IMG/VR virus record: IMGVR_UViG_3300031851_006073
Coordinates: 1-60,799 of that record
Source: a virus
Lineage: Duplodnaviria; Caudoviricetes
Direction: 5' to 3' (one strand)
DNA: 60,799 nt
Under the pieces are notes generated by a model that saw only the letters and a program-made list of their open reading frames with translations, did no database searches and was not told where the DNA came from. The translations under genes and the position numbers were made by a program. Shown piece after piece: positions 48,089 through 57,939 of the stretch (within the stretch, counting starts at the first letter, position 1; each line of letters begins with the position of its first letter).

Positions 48089-48679
48089 TTATATCAAATA
48101 CCCTGAGATAACTATAGCTTGTTTTTCTGTAAATTCTTCTGCATCAGAACCCCATTCCCTTTTCTCCTTTACATACTCAAGACAAATAACTCCCAGTATT
48201 TTTCCATTTAAAGTTTTAACGGGTCTAGAGAATAAACTTTTAACACCTTTTTTTTCTAGGAAAGATTTAAAACTTATATCTTCTCTATAATTCGCTACAT
48301 CTTTACATACGAAAGTTTTTTCCTCAGCGATAGATTTTGTTAAATCGTGAAGATTAGAAACTCTAATGTTTTGCATGTTCTGACATTCCGAGCTTATTCC
48401 CTCACTAATAACTTCGTATGTACAACTCAATTTCTGCTGACTTCTTCCAGAGAAATAGTGCTCTCCGTTATGAAATTCCAAAATGTAAACTCTATCAGCT
48501 TCTGTTTTTTGCATAATAAAATTTAATGCAGAAACGACATTACTATGAGCCCTAGGGTCATAATTTAATTCCTTACTTTTTTTTTCGTCGTATTTTATTT
48601 TCAACCACATTCCAATAACAGCTGTTGCTGCGGAGACTACAGCTGTTAGCACGCTTATAATATCAAGTCCACTATTCAT
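48089..48679 (-). CDS. TM + GAF-like protein, candidate T4 T-type holin
   Basis: One N-terminal TM, then DRVYILEFHNG...ILGVICLEY. Confidence 0.55.
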   Translation of the reverse strand: MNSGLDIISVLTAVVSAATAVIGMWLKIKYDEKKSKELNYDPRAHSNVVSALNFIMQKTEADRVYILEFHNGEHYFSGRSQQKLSCTYEVISEGISSECQNMQNIRVSNLHDLTKSIAEEKTFVCKDVANYREDISFKSFLEKKGVKSLFSRPVKTLNGKILGVICLEYVKEKREWGSDAEEFTEKQAIVISGYLI

Positions 48680-48903
48680 TTTTTAAAAATTAAAGGTATA
48701 ATTGTCGATAATAAAACTATTAATATAATCACCCCGAACCAAATTAAAGGGTCTTGATGGTTATATATTTCATCGGTTTTTATAATATTAAGTACATTTG
48801 ATTTTTCTTGAAGAGAATCAGTATTTGGTTTTCTGCTTAAAAGTTTTGCAGTTTTGTTTGTGCATGCATTAAAAAAGAAGGTCGTAAACAATAAAAACCT
48901 CAT
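48676..48903 (-). CDS. Lipoprotein with C-terminal TM, candidate u-spanin
   Basis: Lipobox-like FNA|C at residue 14 and a C-terminal hydrophobic helix ending FKK. Confidence 0.45.
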   Translation of the reverse strand: MRFLLFTTFFFNACTNKTAKLLSRKPNTDSLQEKSNVLNIIKTDEIYNHQDPLIWFGVIILIVLLSTIIPLIFKK

Positions 48904-49334
48904 CTACGCTTACTGGGGATTGCATAAAAACCGATAACCATAAAACATAAATCCATAAACGACGCAAGCATCAACCCTCCGGTCATTTGAACTAATTCCC
49001 AATCTTTTCCTCCAAAAATCCATCCAAAAAATCCCCATTTTGCATTATCTCCTTTTGGGACGATTAAGTCGTATGATATATGAGGATTCATTGCGTAATA
49101 AATCATTAAAAAGCACATAGTGAAAGTTATGCTCATAAATAAAATTCTTCTGGTTATCTTGACAAACGGATCTCTTGCATTAGCTTCCTGGCTTGCGATT
49201 AGAGCGTTCAACATTTTCTCGTCCCTTGCGGCAAGCGCCAGCTGATCTTGCCTTTTTTGCTCTAGCCATGCATTAATTAAATTACATGCTAGTTTTATTC
49301 CGGCTCCTATAATAGTATTTAATATTGGCCCCAT
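48900..49334 (-). CDS. Multi-TM holin-like protein
   Basis: Amphipathic N-terminus, DPFVKITRR, 2 TM helices, basic tail; GTGTA at 49346-49350. Confidence 0.5.
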   Translation of the reverse strand: MGPILNTIIGAGIKLACNLINAWLEQKRQDQLALAARDEKMLNALIASQEANARDPFVKITRRILFMSITFTMCFLMIYYAMNPHISYDLIVPKGDNAKWGFFGWIFGGKDWELVQMTGGLMLASFMDLCFMVIGFYAIPSKRR

Positions 49335-49390
49335 AGGTCATATGTTACACCTTCTAGTTAAAAAAATATAAAAAACGTGTAATATATTAC

Positions 49391-49585
49391 ATGTCACAAA
49401 AGTCAATTCTTGAAACATTAAGTAAAAATTTAAATTCGTATCAATCTACCTGTTGGTTAAAAACAGAAAATGCAAAATTAAACGGTTCAACTCCGGCAGA
49501 GTTAATGATGGAAAATCAAACAGATAAAGTTGTTAGAATTTTACCAGATGAAATAAAAAGAATTAAAAGTAAAAAAAATGACTAA
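49391..49585 (+). CDS. Stand-alone Xre/MbcA/ParS antitoxin C-terminal domain (DUF2384-like)
   Basis: WLKTENAKLNGSTPAELM matches the WLxxxNxxLxGxxPxxLL pattern; GTGTA at 49377-49381. Confidence 0.6.
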   Translation: MSQKSILETLSKNLNSYQSTCWLKTENAKLNGSTPAELMMENQTDKVVRILPDEIKRIKSKKND

Positions 49586-50293
49586 TTATTCTTGAGGGAA
49601 GTCAACCAATAAAAAACGCTTCCACGTATTGGTGTCTATGCAAAAATACATGTAATTTTGATCATACCCAAATTGACCTGGAACTCCGTAAGAATTACTC
49701 CCAGCGGGAACATATTTTACTGCGTCTTCTACTGTTGGAGAATCATAATCTGTTGAAATCGTCGCTAATATAGCTGCATTCAAAGGTTGAGAAGCGAGAG
49801 CGTTTAACGAAGGATATACACTTGAATTTCCAGTAATCTCATAATATATGTTTTCCAGCGATACTCGATCATTTACGAGGTCATAATTAATATCAGCATA
49901 TAATACAAAATTTATTGTTTTAATAATTTCTTGATTTGACAGGTACGAAGGAATGATGTTATCTACTCCATTTACAGAAAAAGATCCCGTCGGCTTAATG
50001 AGGTTAACCGAATTCCCTCCCCATGCAATATTAATTGAAAATGTACTATTTCTAGAAAGTAAGTTATCTGACTGAAAAATAATGTTATTTGCTGCGTTTG
50101 GGTTTGCATTAACGCTTATATTTTTTTGATCTAAATACTGCCTCAATTTTAATGATTCTTGCACGAACGTGCTACCTGCCATTTTATATGTGCCGCCCGC
50201 AGGTTTTTGGACTAGAATATAATCTAAATTAGGTTCGAATGATGTATCTAAACTCGGAAGAGTTGGTAAGTTTTCTATTCTTTGAGAAGTCAT
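49586..50293 (-). CDS. Probable tail/virion structural protein
   Basis: C-terminal G..GQFGYDQNYMYFCIDTNTWKR fibre-type motif; GTGTA at 50306-50310. Confidence 0.55.
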   Translation of the reverse strand: MTSQRIENLPTLPSLDTSFEPNLDYILVQKPAGGTYKMAGSTFVQESLKLRQYLDQKNISVNANPNAANNIIFQSDNLLSRNSTFSINIAWGGNSVNLIKPTGSFSVNGVDNIIPSYLSNQEIIKTINFVLYADINYDLVNDRVSLENIYYEITGNSSVYPSLNALASQPLNAAILATISTDYDSPTVEDAVKYVPAGSNSYGVPGQFGYDQNYMYFCIDTNTWKRFLLVDFPQE

Positions 50294-50453
50294 TGTTATA
50301 ATTACTACACTTAATTTTGAAAGAGATCTTCCTAAAAAGATGGTTGCAAATCATTTGCACATTCTTATTTTATCGATTATATATTATATTTTCTATATAT
50401 ACTAAACAAAAATAATTTATTGATAATCTTATATTTTACACTACTATAACTTA

Positions 50454-50648
50454 ATGAATGATCATTTAACTATCGTGAGCTTACTATTAGCTTTATTTTT
50501 TATGATGTGGTTTGCATGGGATCAAAATGAATTGGTAAACAATCAAAATCAAGAAATTAGAACATTACAACAACAAGTAATATTTCATAATTTATTCACT
50601 CAAAGAATATATAACAATCAAAACCCAACATACAATAATACAGATTAA
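50454..50648 (+). CDS. Small membrane protein
   Basis: N-terminal TM helix plus short Q/N-rich coil. Confidence 0.55.
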   Translation: MNDHLTIVSLLLALFFMMWFAWDQNELVNNQNQEIRTLQQQVIFHNLFTQRIYNNQNPTYNNTD

Positions 50649-50684
50649 TACTTTAAAAAAAATCAAAACTATATAATATAAAAC

Positions 50685-50990
50685 ATGACAGATCAAAACA
50701 CTCAAAATACAGATAATCAAGTATCACAAGAACGCGAGGACGCAGTAGTTGCTCTAGCTAACGAATTTCTAGGGCGAGCAACGCTAGCAGAAGCCCTCTC
50801 TCAAGTCTCTCTTAACGCAGTGCTTCAATTAGTGCAAAACCAAGCTGTAGCTCAAGGACGTAAACAAGTTGAAGAAATGAATGACGATGAAGTTAAATCG
50901 TTGCTTGAAATTGCCGCGAAAAGCAAAACAGAAAATGCCGCAAATGAAGCGGTCGAGCAGGTTAGCGAAGAAACTGCTGCAGCGAGTTAA
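50685..50990 (+). CDS. Acidic helical hypothetical protein
   Basis: 101-aa ORF with protein-like composition. Confidence 0.65.
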   Translation: MTDQNTQNTDNQVSQEREDAVVALANEFLGRATLAEALSQVSLNAVLQLVQNQAVAQGRKQVEEMNDDEVKSLLEIAAKSKTENAANEAVEQVSEETAAAS

Positions 50991-51279
50991 TAATTTCGCT
51001 TAGATTATAGCAGGCGATACGGTCTGTAACAATATTATAACCCGGGGTAGTTCCAATACTATACCCGGGTTCTTTTTGGTCTGTAAGAATTAACTCTGAG
51101 ATAAAATCATGAGCCCCCTTACTCTTTAACCAATTCCAGTAGATTGATCGAGTGCCAGGTTCGCACTCGAGTAGCACATCTTCAAAAATATAAGTTTTTG
51201 CGTATAATGTAACATCGCGAAAACAGGATATCTCGCTAGGAGGTTCGCTCAGGATCGATTGAATTATCAGTTTCTTCAT
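50962..51279 (-). CDS. Hypothetical protein
   Basis: 105 aa, overlaps the end of the 1888-aa gene. Confidence 0.55.
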   Translation of the reverse strand: MKKLIIQSILSEPPSEISCFRDVTLYAKTYIFEDVLLECEPGTRSIYWNWLKSKGAHDFISELILTDQKEPGYSIGTTPGYNIVTDRIACYNLSEIINSLQQFLR

Positions 51280-54200
51280 TTAAATTTATATCTGCATGAT
51301 AATGCCCGCAAGAAGTGCATACCCTTTTGTTATTATAGCCTTCGGTTAAATAAGAAGATGCCTCTTGAACTCCGTATGCTGGATTACTTAAATATTCTTC
51401 CAAGCTTACGCTGTTTCTAAAATCAGGATCTTTCACCTTATAATATATATGAGTAAAATATTCTATACCTGTATATATTATAATTGGATCATCGATATCA
51501 TTTTCGAAAGATGTTTTAATTAGTTTTGATCCATCTTTGGCTACCGCATTATAATCAACGGAATACCCAAGATCCTCTAACATTCCAATGCCCACTGAAG
51601 TCATTGGGGATTCCTTGACATCATAAATTGCACTAATCATCTCTGTAAAAGTTGGCCTTATAGTATTACCAGATTTTCTTGCATATTCCGCAAAATGACC
51701 GCCTTTTTTACCTTCAGTTATTTCTATCTCCAATCCATAGCCCTGGGTAGGCACAGCGTTAGTGTCGAAAGGGGCTAATATACCTTGATTTTTTAAAGAC
51801 TGAATCGAATCAGTTTCAATATTATAATTAGTTTTGTTTATATATTTTGCATATTTAGCGGCATCAACCATCTCTTTATATTTCTGCAAAGCTTTCTGCC
51901 CGACATATTCCGATCCGAAAAGCCCATTTTTTAGAATATATGAGTACTGATTTACACTTCTCCAGTTTGGGCCAGCTCCAAACCCATGCCATAATTCATG
52001 AATCATGATTGCGCATAATTGAGTCACACCGTTCAACATACCATGTTTTCCTCTTGTATCGATTAGTTCTCGACCAGTACCCTCATATATATCAAAAGGG
52101 TCAAGATTTACCTGTATTGTTGTTATTTGTGGATGCGCCCCCAGAAAAGTATTCGAACTTGATTCGTCCATTTCTCTTGGACCTGCAGAAGCTAAAGTTC
52201 CTCCAACACCCCCTCCACTCATTAATGTTATATTTACGTCTATCTCCATATCTGTGGTGATAATTGACTCCCAGTATTCTCGAGCAATCTCTAATTGCAA
52301 TTTATCTTTATCTTCCAAATCTACAAAGTAATGATAATTTAATTTCAACCCAGAGGACCTTTCTCTTGGGAGATATAAATGAGGCATTGTCGCCCCATTT
52401 ATTGATCCATCATCAGAAGGTCCAGATAAAAATTCTACAATATTTTTTTGTGTTCCTTCTGCAAACAAAACAGGGTCTGTCCAATATATATGGCCAACAT
52501 TTTTAGTCCTATATCTATAAGGTCGACCATCTTCTGTAGGATACATCTCTTCAGTTACTCTATCGCTTACAAGATTTCCATCGTCGTCATATATTTTTAC
52601 CGAATAATTTTCGTCAAAAGAAGGGCTTCTTTCTCCATATCTAAATATTCCGACAGACATATAGATCTTATCAGATGGAGCTTGAATGCTTGGAATTTCT
52701 TTCGACCAACCATTCCAGTCCCAAACAACCCCTGTTTTAGTAGCAGGTTTTGGTATATAAGCTTGTCTATCTGACCATGTTTTTCCGTCCTTGTTAAGCT
52801 CCCAAACAATATCCTCCTTAGTCTTAATTGCCCAAACATATCTTGGATCATTTGGGATTGCGTCTGCATCGTATTGTCTTTGGTTTTCATTTATAGAAAA
52901 AGTTTGATTATTTTTTCTAAAAACAATGACGGCTTCAACAAATGAATATGAAGAATTTGGATATCCAAAATTAGTCCAAACAGATTTTTGATCTCTATAA
53001 TCTTCTGCTTGGTTATATTTTGAAGCGCCAACAGTTATGTAATGATCTCTACCAAAAAGTTTAAAAACAAATTTTTCAAATGGGTTAGCCCTTGGAAAAG
53101 ACCCTTGTTGTCGACGCCCCCATGTAATATTGCCATTCGTATCTCTTGTTCCTATGATGTAATTCATATATCCATCCCAATTTATTCTGTCAATTTTGTA
53201 ATCGTTTAGTAGTGTATTTTGGTCGGTGGGCATATCCCCATGTTCGTTTGTGTCCGAATTATATACTAAATCTACGGGTATATCACTCCATCCGTTCCCA
53301 TCTTTTCCGTCTGCAGGAGGCATTACAGTATCATTAATCGTCCTAACAGGATCCTTCTGTTCTGTCGAGTATGCATCATTACGAGGTAAAAAACCGCCCA
53401 TCGACATTTTGAATTTTATAACTGCACTTGATTTGTTAATAATTGCTGGAGCACCGCGTTCAACAAAAGATCGTCTAAACGCTTCAAACCTTAAAAATGA
53501 TAATGTGCTTTTAGCTTTCGTTGAAAAAGGTCCGTGCAAAGATTCTCCAGCAATATAACTTTCGGAATTAAGGTCTCCAGAATAATGATTATATGGTCGA
53601 TAATTTAATTCGCTTAAATTGCCGCTTGAATCCTCGCCCTTAACCCTTAAATTATGCATTAAAGCCCAAGATGATCTAGTTATTTTTTTATTATCTGGCT
53701 GAATATCTTTTTCGTTAAATTCATTATTATTATTTGTGCTTAAACTTTCAAGATTCAATAGAGATTCCCCTTTATCTTTTAAGATTTCTTGCTCAATATT
53801 AAAGCCAAAATTTACCGCGTTTCCCTGAGAGTCCTCTTCGTTCAACGAAGAGATGTCTTTCTGATACTCCAATGCTTCGCCTCCTGCAAAACAATATACC
53901 GCCCTATGATATTCGTCTTCAAAAAACAAAGCTGCATACCCTTGGTTCGTCTGCTTAAGAACGAGAGTTGATGCAGCAATAGCGTCTTGATCAGTAGTAA
54001 ATATATCAAAATCAGGTTCCACAGCAAAAAGCACTAGCTCATTTTTATTTAATTTATTAACTGCAACAAAACGTAATATTTTATATGCTAAAACAGTTCC
54101 TTGGAAAAATGGTCCTTCATTTGAATTCGAAATATAAGATAATCTAAAATAATAATAATTATGACTAGAAGGTTTCGGGAAATACTTACTCGCTTTATTT

Positions 54201-56902
54201 ACGTAAAATTTACCGCTATCAGCCCCATCGTTGCCATATCCTGCGGCGAAATCATACATATCTATTTCATGCAAACCCGAAGAGTTTATTGTTAATCTAT
54301 CTCCCGAGCTTGACACAAAGTAACAATTTGATGGGTCATTCACAGGTTCCCAATTTGATCCATCTGTAGAATATTCTACCTTTAAAGCGGGAAGAATTTT
54401 TGAATGAGAAATACTATTGCCGTATCTAAGCCAATAACTAATTGATTGACCAATAACTATTTCTTTCATCTCGAATTGGGCTGATACGCTTTGTGTTTGC
54501 GTCTGTTGTTTAGTGTCGTACTGAACATAAGCCGCATCTGTCTCAGAATTGTTTATCGTAGAAAAACATTTAGACTTAATAAAAGGCAGTCCGGGTCGCG
54601 AAATTGTTGAGCCAGGGTTATTGTATTCTCCCCCTAAAAAAGAATGAATTCTTATATTTAATAGAGCGTAAGTATTAATTTTATTATCACTATCTCCTCG
54701 AAAAACCGCGTAAGCATTTAGTTTAATTTGAAACGCACTTCTTTCTAAAAATGAGCCATCTATCAAAACATAAGTATTTATTTTTGGTGTGTTTCTGCCA
54801 TCAACAGCTGTTCGATTCAAAAGAACAAAAATAAAACCAAGAATATCTTCCTGTATATATGACGAGGAATTATAAGCGTAGTTTGCCAGCATGTAGTGCT
54901 TTTTCTTCCATTCTTCTAGGGCGTCTTCTTTTGAGTTGAAGCTTTGAACTAATTCCGCTTCTTGTTGACATTCAATAAAATCAACTGCAGCTCCAGACCC
55001 ACCATTCCAGTAAACAGGAGGATTTTCTAAACCAATAGAGATCTTGCAAGAAACCTTTCCATCTTCATCTAAACCTTGTGGATGACTAGAGGATGGAATA
55101 AATGAAAAAGAACCGTATTTAATCTCTTTTCTATCGGAAGAGCTAACGAAAACTGGTTGCTCATTAATATAAATTATTAAATTTCTAGAGTATTTTAAAT
55201 ATTTAAACGACAGAATAGTTTTTCTCCCTGGCGCCAGCTTCAAATCCCAAAAACATTGATCATGGGGCAAGACATTTCCAGAAACTGTTGAAATATAAAG
55301 TCTATTTATTATTTTTAACCCAGAATATAGTAGGGCCGAATCGTAACCTGAACCCAGAGGATCTGCGAAATCAATTTTTCTGCCCCCTTTTTCGTAAAGC
55401 CTATATTGATTTTGAACTTTTTTAATATAATAATCTAAAGTTGTTCCTGCATCAAATTGAAAATATCCATGACCATGATCTCCCGCTCGCAGGAATACGT
55501 CAGGAATATATGGGCTTTCAGAAATTTGCTCCATGCATGTTTGAGAAGATACTCCATCATATTTTGATGAGACATATTGGCCAAATTGATAGTTTTCACT
55601 TTCAATTAATATCCTCGACTCCGTATCTGAAACTGAAGCGCCGGGATCAACTAATTTTAATTTAGAATTTTCTATATTTGGTCGACCGAAGCCATTTGGA
55701 GAGGAATCTGTATTTTTAAATCTTGCGAAATAATCTTCTGCGATTTCAGTTGTACTACCATCAGACATAGCAGAATCGTATCGAAGCAAAATGTTAATTG
55801 GGTCATTTGTCCAAAAATCTTTATCATGTATTTTTTCGTATAAAGATGGTAAATGATAATAGATCTCATTAACTTTAATAAAGGGCATCCATGCCCATGA
55901 TCTGGTATCAGAATTATCTATTCCATTATCAAAAAATTGTGTTCCTACAGATATATAGTTGTTATTTCTTGTGCTTGGATATCCGTGATTACCAATTTGC
56001 GTATGATACCACCAATGCTGATGATTTGTATTCGCAACATTCAGTCCGGGAGGTATAATCGTTCGCACTGGTATATAAATAGTAACCCACTGAGATCCAG
56101 TATAAAATGTATTAGAAGTATGAATAACTTGTTCTGGTACTGCATAGCCCCATAAAGCTCCATAACCTCCTCCCGGTGTTTTACCAATTCTATAATCCCC
56201 GTCTACAGCATTATATATAGTATAATACAATCCTCCTCTTTGATATCGGACTTCTTTTGGCCAAACGATATAACTAATTTCATCAGAAAAATATGTTCTA
56301 GCGGTATATGTAATCCAAGGATTTAATATACTTCTGTAATCTTGGCTACTAGAATATTCTATGTGCGCAAGATTCTGTTGGAATCCTACTGGAGGACTGT
56401 TCTTTTCCAGCTTACTGTTAAAAACACATTGATCGTGAAATAGCCTGCAATTAATTTTCCGATATTTTGTTTGTTCATCTATAGTTGAAGTCTTAGTCCC
56501 ATTATATGTATCAGTCTGAGCTATATCATAAATGTGATTTTGATAAGCTAATGGAGTTTTAAATTTCGAACCATTTAAATCCATAAACCAAGAAATCTCT
56601 GATAAAAAATGACCTCCGGCGAAATATTCTCCAATTTTAGATCCAGCTTTATAAAGCAATGGATTGTCCCCACGATTTCTTTGAAAATATTCGCTTCCTA
56701 TTTTGAAATTATGCAACTCCGACAAACCATAAGGCGCGATATCATCTCCAAAAGGCAATTCTCCGTCTGCATTAATAATTCCTTCTGTAAGGCCTTTTAC
56801 ATTTGTAGGAAAAGTAGCGTTCACATGAGATGTCGCAAATAAATAAGCGTCCCTTATGCTTACGGGGTCCAAGTCTGACCTATCTGAATAAAATTCAGGC
56901 AT
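51236..56902 (-). CDS. 1888-aa probable virion protein with C-terminal zincin (M8/leishmanolysin-like) protease domain
   Basis: TLASAGP...IHELWHGFG...GGHFAE...EMIS...GMLEDLGYSVDY; aromatic beta-rich N-terminal part. Confidence 0.65.
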   Translation of the reverse strand: MPEFYSDRSDLDPVSIRDAYLFATSHVNATFPTNVKGLTEGIINADGELPFGDDIAPYGLSELHNFKIGSEYFQRNRGDNPLLYKAGSKIGEYFAGGHFLSEISWFMDLNGSKFKTPLAYQNHIYDIAQTDTYNGTKTSTIDEQTKYRKINCRLFHDQCVFNSKLEKNSPPVGFQQNLAHIEYSSSQDYRSILNPWITYTARTYFSDEISYIVWPKEVRYQRGGLYYTIYNAVDGDYRIGKTPGGGYGALWGYAVPEQVIHTSNTFYTGSQWVTIYIPVRTIIPPGLNVANTNHQHWWYHTQIGNHGYPSTRNNNYISVGTQFFDNGIDNSDTRSWAWMPFIKVNEIYYHLPSLYEKIHDKDFWTNDPINILLRYDSAMSDGSTTEIAEDYFARFKNTDSSPNGFGRPNIENSKLKLVDPGASVSDTESRILIESENYQFGQYVSSKYDGVSSQTCMEQISESPYIPDVFLRAGDHGHGYFQFDAGTTLDYYIKKVQNQYRLYEKGGRKIDFADPLGSGYDSALLYSGLKIINRLYISTVSGNVLPHDQCFWDLKLAPGRKTILSFKYLKYSRNLIIYINEQPVFVSSSDRKEIKYGSFSFIPSSSHPQGLDEDGKVSCKISIGLENPPVYWNGGSGAAVDFIECQQEAELVQSFNSKEDALEEWKKKHYMLANYAYNSSSYIQEDILGFIFVLLNRTAVDGRNTPKINTYVLIDGSFLERSAFQIKLNAYAVFRGDSDNKINTYALLNIRIHSFLGGEYNNPGSTISRPGLPFIKSKCFSTINNSETDAAYVQYDTKQQTQTQSVSAQFEMKEIVIGQSISYWLRYGNSISHSKILPALKVEYSTDGSNWEPVNDPSNCYFVSSSGDRLTINSSGLHEIDMYDFAAGYGNDGADSGKFYVNKASKYFPKPSSHNYYYFRLSYISNSNEGPFFQGTVLAYKILRFVAVNKLNKNELVLFAVEPDFDIFTTDQDAIAASTLVLKQTNQGYAALFFEDEYHRAVYCFAGGEALEYQKDISSLNEEDSQGNAVNFGFNIEQEILKDKGESLLNLESLSTNNNNEFNEKDIQPDNKKITRSSWALMHNLRVKGEDSSGNLSELNYRPYNHYSGDLNSESYIAGESLHGPFSTKAKSTLSFLRFEAFRRSFVERGAPAIINKSSAVIKFKMSMGGFLPRNDAYSTEQKDPVRTINDTVMPPADGKDGNGWSDIPVDLVYNSDTNEHGDMPTDQNTLLNDYKIDRINWDGYMNYIIGTRDTNGNITWGRRQQGSFPRANPFEKFVFKLFGRDHYITVGASKYNQAEDYRDQKSVWTNFGYPNSSYSFVEAVIVFRKNNQTFSINENQRQYDADAIPNDPRYVWAIKTKEDIVWELNKDGKTWSDRQAYIPKPATKTGVVWDWNGWSKEIPSIQAPSDKIYMSVGIFRYGERSPSFDENYSVKIYDDDGNLVSDRVTEEMYPTEDGRPYRYRTKNVGHIYWTDPVLFAEGTQKNIVEFLSGPSDDGSINGATMPHLYLPRERSSGLKLNYHYFVDLEDKDKLQLEIAREYWESIITTDMEIDVNITLMSGGGVGGTLASAGPREMDESSSNTFLGAHPQITTIQVNLDPFDIYEGTGRELIDTRGKHGMLNGVTQLCAIMIHELWHGFGAGPNWRSVNQYSYILKNGLFGSEYVGQKALQKYKEMVDAAKYAKYINKTNYNIETDSIQSLKNQGILAPFDTNAVPTQGYGLEIEITEGKKGGHFAEYARKSGNTIRPTFTEMISAIYDVKESPMTSVGIGMLEDLGYSVDYNAVAKDGSKLIKTSFENDIDDPIIIYTGIEYFTHIYYKVKDPDFRNSVSLEEYLSNPAYGVQEASSYLTEGYNNKRVCTSCGHYHADINLNEETDNSIDPERTS

Positions 56903-57629
56903 TCTTTTTTTGTATTTTATTTATTACAAATTTTAATATTTCACTTCTTTGAATATCTTCTGCACCAAAATGAAACGTATGTATTCCTTTTTCGCGACTT
57001 TCTTCGTCATTAAATACAGAATACATGTCTGAAAAACCGCTTTTTCCATTGATGTCGCTTTGCATCGGATCGCCACAAATAATTAATTTGCTTCCTTTGC
57101 CTAATCGCGTCATTAACGTAGTTAATTCTTTAAATGTGAAATTTTGAGACTCATCCGCGATCACCACTTCGTCCCTCCAACTTGCGCCTCGTAAATAGTT
57201 GATGGGCATGCCTTTAACGATATCCTTTTCTTTGATTGTTCTGGCTTCCCCAGGAATTAATAACTCATCTAATTTTTCATTCATAGGCATCATGTACGGA
57301 TTTATCTTTTCCGCCATTTCGCCAGGTAATGCTCCAAGACTCTTTTCGCCACTTTCTGCAATGGTTCGAACATAAGTAATTCCGCGCTCATTATTCATAT
57401 TATAAAGCTGTAAAGCTCCATAAATCGCAACATATGTCTTACTTGTTCCCGCAGGACCACTTATAAATATTATTTTCGAATCATTATCAAAGATGATTTT
57501 TAATAATTGTTTTTGTTTATCCGTTAAACTTATTTTTTTAAGTTTTATATTTATTTTGGTTAATGAGACACGAATTCTTTCGATTTCCTCCTCATTCACG
57601 ATTTCAGGTTGTTTCTTGCGTCGAGGCAT
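56895..57629 (-). CDS. phoH: PhoH-family ATPase
   Basis: GPAGTSKT, LGALPG, YLRGASW, DESQN, TRLG, GDPMQSD; start moved to ATG 57629 with GTGTA at 57655-57659. Confidence 0.92.
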   Translation of the reverse strand: MPRRKKQPEIVNEEEIERIRVSLTKINIKLKKISLTDKQKQLLKIIFDNDSKIIFISGPAGTSKTYVAIYGALQLYNMNNERGITYVRTIAESGEKSLGALPGEMAEKINPYMMPMNEKLDELLIPGEARTIKEKDIVKGMPINYLRGASWRDEVVIADESQNFTFKELTTLMTRLGKGSKLIICGDPMQSDINGKSGFSDMYSVFNDEESREKGIHTFHFGAEDIQRSEILKFVINKIQKKNA

Positions 57630-57873
57630 TTTATATATTATATTAACCATAAAGTACACGTTTTTTTAGTTTTTAGTAAAGGCGCGCGATTTTCTGATTT
57701 TATATATAAATTGGTTATTTTTAAAATAGGCGCCGATTTTTTTTAGCCCTAACATATGTTATAATTAAATGTATTGTATTTCATATTGAGAAAACCCACC
57801 CCCGGCTGTTTTTGCACAATTCGATTGCAAAATGAATCCATTTAATGGGTAGGGTTCACTCTCTACGCTGTAG

Positions 57874-57933
57874 AATAATGCAATAAAATAGTTGAATTTT
57901 AGGCTTGTGTTTTCTGCTGTGGTATGCTACTTT
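57874..57933 (+). repeat. Promoter-bearing direct repeat, copy 1
   Basis: AATAATGCAATAAAATAGTT.AATTTTA.GCTTGTGTTTT near-identical to 58993-59052; TTGTGT-N17-TACTTT with ATG 6 nt later. Confidence 0.8.
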
Positions 57934-57939
57934 AAATAT

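Noticed and set aside
50437-50441. tacac (minus-strand GTGTA) upstream of 50454
   Set aside because: Wrong orientation for 50454 and ~140 nt from the nearest minus-strand start, which already has its own copy
52009-56842. Many 60-110 aa ORFs inside the 1888-aa gene, and similar ones inside other large genes
   Set aside because: Fully nested shadow frames with no promoter motif or recognisable domain
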